This document shows positions 26,752 to 35,709 of a DNA stretch of 37,307 nt, in pieces. The stretch comes from Roseomonas sp. (GTDB lineage Bacteria; Pseudomonadota; Alphaproteobacteria; Acetobacterales; Acetobacteraceae). Under the pieces are notes generated by a model. That model saw only the letters and a list, made by a program, of their open reading frames with translations. It ran no database searches and had not been told where the DNA came from. The DNA lies in contig JBIKWX010000001.1 of the NCBI GenBank assembly GCA_044356095.1, positions 1 to 37,307 on the forward strand. The letters run 5' to 3'. The translations under genes and the position numbers were made by a program. Positions within the stretch are counted from its first letter, which is position 1. Each line of letters opens with the position of its first letter.

Positions 26752-26817
26752 CGCCGGGGCTGGCAGGGTTTGTAGATTCCCTTTTCAGTATCGGGCGATA
26801 TGGGGTAGAAGGCTTTC

Positions 26818-27384
26818 ATGAAGATCCTCCGCCATCTGCCCCTTTTTCCTCGTAACGCCCTGCTTTTGCCGGTTGCGATGGTCGTGGCTGCGTGTAGTGC
26901 AGATTCCTCACAGGTCCGAGAAGTGGAGCGCGACGAATACAATACGGACAGCAAGCGCGAGCAATTGCTGCGTGCGACCTCGGCTGCGGGCACCTCGGGC
27001 GGCATTACGATTTTCGGCAGCGGCACCGAAAAAGGTCAGGAGAGCGGCGGTGGCGGCGGCGGGCTCGGCGTGAATGCCTTCCTGTGGCGTGCCACGCTGG
27101 ATACACTTTCCTTCATGCCGCTTGCATCCGCCGATCCTTTTGGCGGCGTGATCATCACCGATTGGCATGCGCCTGGCGGCGTTTCCAATGAACGTTTCAA
27201 GGCAACTGCCTATGTGCTCGGGCGGCAATTGCGTTCTGATGGCGTGCGGATTGCGGTGTTCCGTCAGGTACGCGGCCCTGGTGGCTGGGTGGATGCGCCG
27301 GTCAGCACCGCGACAGCCGCCGAATTGGAAGACAAGGTGCTGGTACGCGCGCGCGAGTTGCGGAGCCAATCGGCCGGGCGCTGA
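26818..27384 (+). CDS. DUF3576 family lipoprotein
   Basis: Lipobox VAAC; GVNAFLWRATLDTLSFMPLASADPFGGVIITDW...ERFK. Confidence 0.88.
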   Translation: MKILRHLPLFPRNALLLPVAMVVAACSADSSQVREVERDEYNTDSKREQLLRATSAAGTSGGITIFGSGTEKGQESGGGGGGLGVNAFLWRATLDTLSFMPLASADPFGGVIITDWHAPGGVSNERFKATAYVLGRQLRSDGVRIAVFRQVRGPGGWVDAPVSTATAAELEDKVLVRARELRSQSAGR

Positions 27385-27417
27385 GACGCTTTTGCGGCTT
27401 CCTGGATTGCATACCAA

Positions 27418-29370
27418 ATGATGCCGCCTGCCGCGCTTTGGGGCCAAGTGCAAATAGCCATGCAGCAGGGGCGGCTTGATACGGCCGAAGCGGGGGCCGA
27501 ACAGATCCTGCGCACCGCGCCGCGCCATCCCGGCGCCCTGCATATTTTGGGCGTGATTTGCCTGCAACGCCGCCAGATGCCCGAAGCGCTGCGTTGGTTG
27601 AAGAAGGCTTCTCAGGCCGATCAGCGCAACGCCATGATCTGGGCAACGCTGGGCTATGCCTGTTTTGAAACGGCTTTATATCGTGATGCCGTCGAAGCCT
27701 TCCGCAAGGCAGCTTCGCTTGATCCGCGCGCCCATCCTGCCTTGCATGGCTTGGGCAAAAGCTTGCAGGCACTCGGGCGGCATCAGGAAGCCGCGGCCGC
27801 TTTGGGGCGCGCCATTACCGTTGAACCGCGCAATGCGGATTACCTGAATGATCGTGGTGTGGCGCAGATGGAAGCAGGCGCAACCCAAGAAGCCTTACGG
27901 GATTTTGATGCCGCGCTTGCGCTGGCTCCAGGGTTTTTTGGTGCCTTCTTGAACAAGGGATTGGCGCTGAAGCAATGCGGTGATGCGGCTGCTGCGCTGG
28001 CTGCCTTGGATCAGGCGATTGCGCTCAATCCTTCCTATGCGCCGGCGCATAATAATCGCGCTGCAGTTCTGTTGGATTTACAGCAACCAGCAGAAGCCTT
28101 GGCGGCAGCTGAGCGTGCGATAGTGCTGGCACCTGATTTTGCCGAAGCGTGGAACAATAAGGGTCTGGCGCTGCTTGGCCTTGAGGATGCCGGGGCTGCA
28201 CTGGAATGTTTTCGCCAAGCTGCACGGCTTGATCCGGCGAATGCAGCCGCCCACTACAATGCAGCAGGCGTTTATTGGCAGCGCGGTGATTATGCTGCGG
28301 CGGCCGAGGCGCACCGGCTTTGCCTGCGCGCAGCGCCACAGCATCTTATGGCGCTGAATGATCTTGGTCTTGCGGAGGCTGCTCTCGGCAATCACGTTGC
28401 TGCGCTTGATTGCTATGATCGCGCCTTGCGACTGGTGCCGAATTTCGCCGAAGCGCAATTCAACAAATCCCTGACCTGCCTTTTGCTTGGCAATCTGAAG
28501 GAAGGTTGGCGCCTGTGGGAGGCACGCAAGCGCAAGAAGATCCCAGTCGGCTTCACGGATTTCGACCTGTCGCTATGGACCGGGGCGCAGGAAATTGGTG
28601 GGCGGTGTATCCTGCTTCATTGGGAACAAGGTTTTGGCGATACGATACAATTCATCCGCTATGCGCCGTTGGTGAAGGCCAAGGGCGCCGATGTGGCGCT
28701 GATGGTGCAGCCGGAATTGGCGCCGTTGATGCGCCGTGTCATGCCGGATATGCAGGTGGTGGAAGCCGTACCAGCCGAAGCCACACTGCAATGCCCCTTG
28801 ATGAGCCTGCCAAGGGCATTCGCGACAGGGTTGGATACCATCCCGTCCGCACCGGTCTGGACAGCGGATGAGGCCCGCCGAGCCATATGGCGCACGCGGC
28901 TTGGCGCTTCCGATCACCCACGGATCGGATTTGCCTGGCGCGGTAGTGCGGGCCACGGCAATGATCGCAACCGATCTCTGCCCCTGGGCGCATTCTTGTC
29001 GATCATTGACAACAACGCTGCCTGGTTTGGCATCCAGAAGGGCATACCAGCCACCGATCTTGAGGCACTTTCAGCCGCACCGCATCTGCGCATCTTTGAT
29101 TCTGAGATCACGGATTTTGAAGATACCGCTGCGCTCATTGCTGAGATGGATTTGATCATCACCGTAGATACCAGCCTTGCGCATCTTGCGGGTAGCATGG
29201 GGCGTGAATGCTGGGTCTTGCTACCATTCAATCCGGATTGGCGCTGGCTACTCGGTCGGAGGGATAGTCCCTGGTATCCCTCTGTCCAGCTTTTTCGGCA
29301 GCCACAAATTGGGGACTGGGCCGGCGTCATGGCCCAGTTGCGCGTGGCACTTCAGCGGCGTTTCGGCTGA
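27418..29370 (+). CDS. TPR-repeat protein with C-terminal glycosyltransferase (GT9-like) domain
   Basis: About 10 TPR repeats (A..N.G..L...A....P); EQGFGDTIQFIRY, DLIITVDTSLAHLAG, WRW...SPWYPSVQLFRQ. Confidence 0.87.
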   Translation: MMPPAALWGQVQIAMQQGRLDTAEAGAEQILRTAPRHPGALHILGVICLQRRQMPEALRWLKKASQADQRNAMIWATLGYACFETALYRDAVEAFRKAASLDPRAHPALHGLGKSLQALGRHQEAAAALGRAITVEPRNADYLNDRGVAQMEAGATQEALRDFDAALALAPGFFGAFLNKGLALKQCGDAAAALAALDQAIALNPSYAPAHNNRAAVLLDLQQPAEALAAAERAIVLAPDFAEAWNNKGLALLGLEDAGAALECFRQAARLDPANAAAHYNAAGVYWQRGDYAAAAEAHRLCLRAAPQHLMALNDLGLAEAALGNHVAALDCYDRALRLVPNFAEAQFNKSLTCLLLGNLKEGWRLWEARKRKKIPVGFTDFDLSLWTGAQEIGGRCILLHWEQGFGDTIQFIRYAPLVKAKGADVALMVQPELAPLMRRVMPDMQVVEAVPAEATLQCPLMSLPRAFATGLDTIPSAPVWTADEARRAIWRTRLGASDHPRIGFAWRGSAGHGNDRNRSLPLGAFLSIIDNNAAWFGIQKGIPATDLEALSAAPHLRIFDSEITDFEDTAALIAEMDLIITVDTSLAHLAGSMGRECWVLLPFNPDWRWLLGRRDSPWYPSVQLFRQPQIGDWAGVMAQLRVALQRRFG

Positions 29371-29386
29371 AATGCACGGACCAGCA

Positions 29387-29761
29387 TCAATCGCCCACCA
29401 CACTCAAGCTATTCACTGGAACAACTACAACCCCCGGCACATTCAGCGTCGCCGGCGTTGCAAGCGGCGCCCACAGCACCGGGTTTCCGGTGGATTGCGC
29501 ATCAAAGACACCGATATGGGTCAAGGTGCCAGGCGCCGCGGTGAAGGTGAAGCGAATTTCGGTTACGTTGGTCTGCGTACCGGTGCCGAAAAATGTCACA
29601 GGCTGCCGGGCATAGCCGGTGCCGTTCGGTTCACCCGTAACCCCGGTCGCGTCTGATCCACCGGTGCCAAGTGCGACAAAGGCCGCTGCAGGCAAGGTGG
29701 GCCAACGCCCAATGGCAGAACGACAGAGCAGATTCTTGGCGTAGTCCGTCAGAGAGGTCAT
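29387..29761 (-). CDS. Phage structural/tail-associated small protein
   Basis: LTDYAKNLL...FVAL...GEP.GTGYARQPVTF...ITH-like LTHIGVFDA.S.GN.L pattern seen in phage tail-region proteins. Confidence 0.7.
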   Translation of the reverse strand: MTSLTDYAKNLLCRSAIGRWPTLPAAAFVALGTGGSDATGVTGEPNGTGYARQPVTFFGTGTQTNVTEIRFTFTAAPGTLTHIGVFDAQSTGNPVLWAPLATPATLNVPGVVVVPVNSLSVVGD

Positions 29762-29795
29762 GCGATTAATCCTGTGGGTATCGGTTTGAATTGGC

Positions 29796-29837
29796 GCCTG
29801 AACCGCAAGCCGAGGGCCTCAGCCCCGCGGTTCAGGC
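29796..29837 (-). other. Long intergenic RNA hairpin
   Basis: GCCTGAACCGC...GCGGTTCAGGC 11-bp inverted repeat, extendable inward with G-U pairs on the minus strand; no U tail. Confidence 0.6.
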
Positions 29838-29858
29838 ACGCGATAAGGGCAGCGCTGA

Positions 29859-31796
29859 TCAGGCGACCACTGCGCCATCCGGCCAGCGCCATGCAGCGCC
29901 ATCGCTGATGGCCAGGCGCTTATTGGCGGTGCCGTCCGAGACATAGATCATGCAGCGCGGATAGGTCGCGGCCGGGGGCAAGGTTGCAACCGTATAGGGC
30001 GGTAATTGCACCGGCGATCCAGCCTGCACCGGACCAGTGCCCTTACCCAAAAGCAGGAGCGCAACATTCGCATCCGTACCTTGTGCCGTGACTTGCGGCG
30101 GCGCACCGGCGGCGGCGCCATTGATGCGCACGAAATTGACTGGTGTGGCGACCGCATTGACCTCAAAGGCCAGGCTGCCACGACTGTTGAACCGCACGGG
30201 TGCGATATTCTTGGCCGAGATCTGGACAGGAATATTGGCATCCGTACCGGTGGCGGAGATTGTCGGCGTGCCCCCGGCAATGCTGCTGGATAGGGTGAAT
30301 TGATTGACGCTGCCGGCGGGTGTGGTGACGGTGAGCGCATTTGCTCCCGCAACGCCGCCAATGCTTGTGGTGCCAGGGGCGACGCGCATCAATTCGGCGC
30401 CGCCAATGCTCAGCACCAGATTGCCTGTGCTGGGTTGGGAAATGCCCGTATCCAGCCCGCCCACCATCACGCCTGGCCGATCAATCCGGCCCGCTGGCGC
30501 GGCAGAGGCTACGAAGCCATTTGTGCTGCCATTGATCAGCGGCCCGGAATTACCATTGCCAAGCAATGCTGGTGAGCCAAGGTAGACTTGGTTTGGCGTG
30601 CCCGCACCGACATTTGCCAGATGAATGGCGGCTGAGCCATCATTCAGGCGATTGAAGTATTCCGCCCTGAAGGCAAAGATATCCAGGCGGTTATTGCTGC
30701 CATTGACGCGGATGGCGTTGCTTTCGGCCACATCCACGCGAAGGTTGCTGATTTGGACACGTGCATTATTGCCATCAATCAGGATGCCCACCGCCCCTGA
30801 TACCGGCACTGGCGCACCGGCTGTGAAAAGCTCGGCCTGGGTGGTGATGTTGGCGATGCGGCCTTCCACATCATTGCCATCAATCCATACGCCGTATTTG
30901 GAGAAGTCAGCATAGATATTGCTGCCGTAGAATTTTGTCGTCGTCCCCGAGGCAGAAGCGCTGAAACGGAGCGTCGAACGTGCGCCAAGGACGAAGATGT
31001 CATCCAGGAAAACACCGTCCACCTTGCGGAAAACCAACGCGTCCTGATTATTCTGCTGCCAGGTGATCACATGCCCATTATCGGTATTGAAGCTCCAGAA
31101 ATGCACGTGTTCCAGCCGGCAGATATCAAGGCAGCGATCCACTTCCACGCCGCGGGTGAAAACCTGGCCACGGAGGCGCTTGATGCTCATGCGCCCGGAA
31201 TTGTCGCACCAAATGCCGCGATTGACGGCAACAAGGAAGACGTTTTCGAAGTCCACGGCGCCAAGGCAATCCTGCACGCGGAAAACATAATCGTAATCCG
31301 TGGGCGTCCAGGAAGCGCTATAGGATTGGTTGTGCAATTGCCGCACCGCGATATCACGCACAATGGAACCGCGAGCCATGGAGCCTGAAAAGGTGAAGGG
31401 GGTAAAGCCTGTCTGGTCAATCTTGAACCAGGTGCCATGCGACTCATTCGGGCCTTCGGTAAAGCCGGCCCCTTGCAGCGTGACCGTGACACCATCAATG
31501 ACGATTGGGCTGGCGATCCGATAGATGCGGGCGCCGAATTGCAACACGCCGCCGCCAGCAAGCTTCAGTGCATTGATTGCAGCCTGGATGGCGGGGGCGT
31601 CATTGGTGGTGCCATTGCCGACCGCGCCGAAATCCCGCACATGCGCCGGGCGATCGGCAAGAACGCCCGCGCGGAGCTGCGCCAAGCTGGCGCGCCTGGT
31701 GGCAAGGCTGCTGCCATTGGCCTGCACCAAGGGCAGCATATCGGCGTCGGCGGTGGCGGAAACGCTGGGCAGCGCGCTGATTTTTGAATCGGACAT
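29859..31796 (-). CDS. Tailspike/fibre-like protein with pectate-lyase-like beta-helix
   Basis: N-terminal MSDSKISALP...DMLPLVQ; VRDFGAVGNGTTNDAPAIQAAIN (Pectate_lyase_3 start); beta-helix-like body; two GTDAN repeats; C-terminal YTVATLP...IYVSDG...SDGAAW. Confidence 0.82.
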   Translation of the reverse strand: MSDSKISALPSVSATADADMLPLVQANGSSLATRRASLAQLRAGVLADRPAHVRDFGAVGNGTTNDAPAIQAAINALKLAGGGVLQFGARIYRIASPIVIDGVTVTLQGAGFTEGPNESHGTWFKIDQTGFTPFTFSGSMARGSIVRDIAVRQLHNQSYSASWTPTDYDYVFRVQDCLGAVDFENVFLVAVNRGIWCDNSGRMSIKRLRGQVFTRGVEVDRCLDICRLEHVHFWSFNTDNGHVITWQQNNQDALVFRKVDGVFLDDIFVLGARSTLRFSASASGTTTKFYGSNIYADFSKYGVWIDGNDVEGRIANITTQAELFTAGAPVPVSGAVGILIDGNNARVQISNLRVDVAESNAIRVNGSNNRLDIFAFRAEYFNRLNDGSAAIHLANVGAGTPNQVYLGSPALLGNGNSGPLINGSTNGFVASAAPAGRIDRPGVMVGGLDTGISQPSTGNLVLSIGGAELMRVAPGTTSIGGVAGANALTVTTPAGSVNQFTLSSSIAGGTPTISATGTDANIPVQISAKNIAPVRFNSRGSLAFEVNAVATPVNFVRINGAAAGAPPQVTAQGTDANVALLLLGKGTGPVQAGSPVQLPPYTVATLPPAATYPRCMIYVSDGTANKRLAISDGAAWRWPDGAVVA

Positions 31797-31879
31797 GGAG
31801 AGCCTTTTCGTGGTTGATCCGATCACACCAGGTGCAGCGACCCGGCATGCGGTGATGGAGGGGATTGTCGCGAAACGTT

Positions 31880-32530
31880 TCAGAACAGCAGCAATTGGCC
31901 GTCAGTCTCAAGCAGCAGGGCGCGGCCTTCTTCGGTCAGCAGGCGCGGGGGCGCGCCGATGGCAAAAGGCGGAGAGGTGATGCTATGCGCCGTGTCGGCA
32001 GCATTGCGCGCAAGGATGCGATAGCCACCGCCGGATGCTTGCGCAGCAAATAGCGTCGTGGCGCGCGCGGCGCTGACGGCGGCGTTTTGCGTCGCCAGCA
32101 CGGTCCCGGCAGCATTGAGAAGCTGGAAGGTCAGATTGGCGATACTGCCAAGGGTACTGGCGCCGATGGGGATTGAAGCGCCAGGTTCAATCGCCTCCGG
32201 CACCGGGTCCAGGATGATGGCGCGCGTCTGCGGGGTCGCTGCCAAGGTGATTCTGAAGGGCAAATTGCCGGAACGGCGCAGTTCCGGCGGCGCGCCGGCG
32301 GCATCAAGCATAATGCCCGAACCGGTGAGGTTGCCGGCGCGGATCGGCAACATGATGGTCGCATCCGCGGTTTGCGCCATGACGATATCGCCAGCGCGCA
32401 TTTGATTGCTGGCCGGGGCGAAGTAATCGGCTGCTTGCACGTCTTCCCGGCTATCCGTGGTACGGTAATGCCATAGGGTGAAGCCATTCGCGGCGCTCAG
32501 CACCGTGAGATTGGTGGCGATAAAGGGCAT
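31880..32530 (-). CDS. Phage-derived hypothetical protein (NGFTLWHY domain + Ig-like region + LLTEEG tail)
   Basis: AGGAG before ATG 32530; MPFIATNLTVLSAANGFTLWHYRTTD...YF...GDIV; ends RLLTEEGRALLLETDGQLLLF. Confidence 0.72.
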   Translation of the reverse strand: MPFIATNLTVLSAANGFTLWHYRTTDSREDVQAADYFAPASNQMRAGDIVMAQTADATIMLPIRAGNLTGSGIMLDAAGAPPELRRSGNLPFRITLAATPQTRAIILDPVPEAIEPGASIPIGASTLGSIANLTFQLLNAAGTVLATQNAAVSAARATTLFAAQASGGGYRILARNAADTAHSITSPPFAIGAPPRLLTEEGRALLLETDGQLLLF

Positions 32531-32645
32531 GGGCGCTCCTGCACGCTGCCAGGCAGCCGGGCGCGCGCCAGGCTGGTGGCAAGCTTGGGGTGAAGGTTCA
32601 GGGAGGGAGGGGAGCTTCGGGCGCAATTCGGCCGTTGATGAGGGT

Positions 32646-32686
32646 TAGATAAAGGAATACCGGCCTATTGTCAAGGATTTTTTCCT
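32646..32686 (-). promoter_or_regulatory. Sigma70-type promoter with overlapping palindrome
   Basis: TTGACA (32674-32669)-N17-TATCTA (32651-32646) on the minus strand; AGGA-N5-TCCT at 32674-32686. Confidence 0.6.
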
Positions 32687-32766
32687 GATCGGCGAAATTT
32701 CTTCCTCCCCTCAAGATCGCGCCAAATTCCGCTACAAGAAGCCCTTCGTCTGCGGAGCCCCTGCCC

Positions 32767-33855
32767 ATGATCCTGCGCCTGATTGCCTTCCTTGCCCTGC
32801 TGCTGCCAGGCATCGCCGCCGCGCAGGAACGCGTGGTGAATGTCTATAATTGGTCGGATTATATTGACCCCTATGCGGTGCAGCGCTTCACGCGCGAAAC
32901 CGGCATCCGCGTGCGTTATGATGTCTATGACAGTCTGGAAACGCTGGAGGGTAAGCTTTCCGCCGGGCGTTCCGGCTATGATGTGATTGTGCCGACCAGT
33001 GAACCAAGCTTCGCGCGGTTGTTGCGTGCCGGGGCACTTTCGCCGCTTGATCGCGCACGCATTCCGAATTGGCGCAATCTTGACCCGACATTGATGGCGC
33101 GTGTGGCGGAGATTGATCCGGGCAATCGCCATGGCGCGATTTATCTGTGGGGCACGGTTGGTCTTGGGCTTCGGCTTGATCGCATCAGGGCCATTGCGCC
33201 TGATATGGCGCTGAATGGCTTTGATGTCTTGTTCAAGCCGGAAAACGCCGCGCGGCTCGCGCGCTGCGGCATTATGGTGATGGACAGCCCAACCGATGTG
33301 CTGCCTTCCGTCCTGCGCTGGGCGGGGCGTGATCCCAATGCGCATAGTCTTGAGGATTTGCGTGTGGCCGAACAGGCGCTGATGGGTATTCGGCGCCATG
33401 TTCGCGCAATTATCCCTTCAGGTGCCATTCTGGATGCGCTGGCGAATGGAGAAGCCTGCGTGGCGCTGACCTATTCCGGCGATGTCATCCAGGCGCAGGC
33501 GCGCGCGCAGGAAGCCGGGCGGGGTGTTGAAATTGGCTATGTCGCGCCGCGTCAGGGCGCGCAGCTTTGGTTTGACATGCTGGCAATCCCCACCGATGCG
33601 CCGAACAAGGAAGCGGCGCATGAATTCATTAATTTCCTGCTGCGGCCTGATGTAATGGCGGGCATCACCAATCAGGTGCGCTATCCCAATGCCGTGCCGG
33701 CATCGCTGGCCGCTGTGGATGTCGCGGTGCGCGAAGACCGCAATGTCTATCCGGATGAGGCGATGCTGGCGGCGAGTTTTGTCGCGAGCACGCCGCCGCG
33801 TGAGATCGAACGTGCGCGCAGCCGGCTATGGTCGCGCTTCAAGGCGGGCCGCTGA
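32767..33855 (+). CDS. potF: Polyamine (putrescine) ABC transporter substrate-binding protein
   Basis: VNVYNWSDYI, YDVYDS.ETLEGKL, GYDVIVPT, YLWGTVG, YSGD, WFDMLAIP. Confidence 0.88.
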   Translation: MILRLIAFLALLLPGIAAAQERVVNVYNWSDYIDPYAVQRFTRETGIRVRYDVYDSLETLEGKLSAGRSGYDVIVPTSEPSFARLLRAGALSPLDRARIPNWRNLDPTLMARVAEIDPGNRHGAIYLWGTVGLGLRLDRIRAIAPDMALNGFDVLFKPENAARLARCGIMVMDSPTDVLPSVLRWAGRDPNAHSLEDLRVAEQALMGIRRHVRAIIPSGAILDALANGEACVALTYSGDVIQAQARAQEAGRGVEIGYVAPRQGAQLWFDMLAIPTDAPNKEAAHEFINFLLRPDVMAGITNQVRYPNAVPASLAAVDVAVREDRNVYPDEAMLAASFVASTPPREIERARSRLWSRFKAGR

Positions 33856-33859
33856 AGCA

Positions 33860-34882
33860 GTGCTGATCGCGACCGCGCTGGAAAAGCGCTTTGGCGCGGT
33901 GCGTGCGCTCGCTGGGCTTGATCTCGCGATCAATGCTGGCGAGTTCTTTGCGCTGCTCGGCGGTTCGGGTTCCGGTAAATCCACGCTATTACGTGTGCTG
34001 GCCGGGTTTGAGGCGCCGGATGCGGGTGCGCTGACACTCGATGGACAGGATTTGCTGCACGTGCCGCCCTGGGCGCGACCGATCAATATGATGTTCCAAT
34101 CCTATGCGCTGTTTCCGCATATGAATGTGACGGAGAACATCGCCTATGGCCTGAAGCGCGCCGGTGTGGCGGGTGAGGAACGGCGAAGCCGCATTGCAGC
34201 AGCGCTTGATCTGGTGGGGTTGCGGGGGCTGGAAGCGCGCAAGCCGCAGCAGCTTTCCGGCGGGCAAAAGCAGCGCGTGGCGCTGGCACGCAGCCTGGTC
34301 ATGCGCCCGCGCTTGCTGTTGCTGGATGAACCCATGGCAGCGCTGGATGCGGGCTTGCGCGAACGCACCGGGCTTGAACTGCGCGCCCTGCAACGCAAGA
34401 CCGGTGCAGCCTTCATCATGGTCACGCATGACCAGCAGGAAGCGCTTGCTCTCGCGGATCGTATTGCCGTGTTGGAAGCCGGGCGCGTCGCGCAAATCGG
34501 CCCGCCGCAGGAAGTTTACGCGCGGCCTGCGACACGTTTCGTCGCGCGGTTTCTAGGCGCGGCGAATGTGCTGGAAGGGCGCATGCAAGATGGCGCGTTT
34601 GAAAGTGCCGAGGCCGGTGGCGTCATTGCGTCAGGCTTGCCGGCGGAGACCATCGCCATTGCCTTGCGCGCGGAACAGATCAGGCTGACGGGCGCGGATG
34701 AAGCGCCCTGCGTCACGGGCATTCTGGAAGATGCAGCGTTTCGCGGGGATGACTGGCTGTTGATCATTCGCCTACAGGGCGGGGCTTCTCTGCGCGTGGT
34801 GCATAACGCGCCTCCACCGGCGCCGGGCAGTATTGTTGGTGTGGCATGGAGGGCGGCAGCTGTGGTGCCGCTTTTTGCCTGA
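33860..34882 (+). CDS. potG: Polyamine ABC transporter ATP-binding protein
   Basis: GGSGSGKST, RPINMMFQSYALFPHM, LSGGQKQRVALAR, LLLDEP, VTHDQ; GTG start. Confidence 0.85.
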   Translation: MLIATALEKRFGAVRALAGLDLAINAGEFFALLGGSGSGKSTLLRVLAGFEAPDAGALTLDGQDLLHVPPWARPINMMFQSYALFPHMNVTENIAYGLKRAGVAGEERRSRIAAALDLVGLRGLEARKPQQLSGGQKQRVALARSLVMRPRLLLLDEPMAALDAGLRERTGLELRALQRKTGAAFIMVTHDQQEALALADRIAVLEAGRVAQIGPPQEVYARPATRFVARFLGAANVLEGRMQDGAFESAEAGGVIASGLPAETIAIALRAEQIRLTGADEAPCVTGILEDAAFRGDDWLLIIRLQGGASLRVVHNAPPPAPGSIVGVAWRAAAVVPLFA

Positions 34883-35709
34883 TGCGGCGGGGCATTTTGC
34901 TTGCGCCGTTGTGGGCCTGGCTGCTGCTGTTGGTTGCCGCACCAGTGCTGATTCTGCTGGTAATGGCCTTCGCAACACCCGCCGATGGCGTGCCGCCATT
35001 CACCCTCAGCCTGCGCTTCGCTGCCTTCGCCATGCTGGCGGAGGATTTCTATTACGCCGAGGCTTTGCTTGCGGCGTTGCGCTTGGCGGCGACCACGGCG
35101 GGGCTTTGCCTTTTGATCGCCTACCCCATGGCGCTTGGCATGGCGGGTGTGCAGCCCCGTTGGCGGCTGCCGTTGCTCGCGCTGCTCATGTTGCCGTTCT
35201 GGACGGGATTTTTGCTCCGCATCGGCGCCTGGATTGGGTTGTTGCGCGATGAAGGCTTGGTCAATCATCTGTTGCGCGGCTTGGGGATCACGGATGCGCC
35301 CTTGCCTTTGCTCTATACCGAAGGCGCGATGCTGGCCGGCATGGTGCATGCCTATCTGCCCTTTGCGGTACTGCCGATTTTCACCGCGCTGATCCGGCTC
35401 GATCCCGCCTTGTTGGAAGCGGCGGCTGATCTTGGCGCGCAGCCGGCGCGGGTGTTTTTCAGCGTCACCTTGCCGCTCACCTTGCCGGCAGCCGCGGCGG
35501 GATTTCTGCTGGTCTTCATCCCGGCAGCGGGGGAATTCGTCATCCCTGAATTGCTCGGCCCGCCCGAAGCGCAGGTCATTGGCCGGGTGCTCTGGCAGGA
35601 ATTTTTTCAGAACCGCGATTGGCCCTTGGCGGCGGCACTGGCCTTGGCTCTGCTCGCGCTGCTGATCCTGCCCATTCGCTGGTTCCAAAGGCTGGGGGCG
35701 GGAGCATGA
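34882..35709 (+). CDS. potH: Polyamine ABC transporter permease
   Basis: LIAYPMA, LPFWTGFLLR, EAAADLGA, GEFVIPELLG, FFQNRDWP. Confidence 0.85.
   Translation: MRRGILLAPLWAWLLLLVAAPVLILLVMAFATPADGVPPFTLSLRFAAFAMLAEDFYYAEALLAALRLAATTAGLCLLIAYPMALGMAGVQPRWRLPLLALLMLPFWTGFLLRIGAWIGLLRDEGLVNHLLRGLGITDAPLPLLYTEGAMLAGMVHAYLPFAVLPIFTALIRLDPALLEAAADLGAQPARVFFSVTLPLTLPAAAAGFLLVFIPAAGEFVIPELLGPPEAQVIGRVLWQEFFQNRDWPLAAALALALLALLILPIRWFQRLGAGA

Noticed and set aside
29387-32530. Intact prophage or integrative element
   Set aside because: No integrase, att-like direct repeats, replication, head or lysis genes seen; only three genes.
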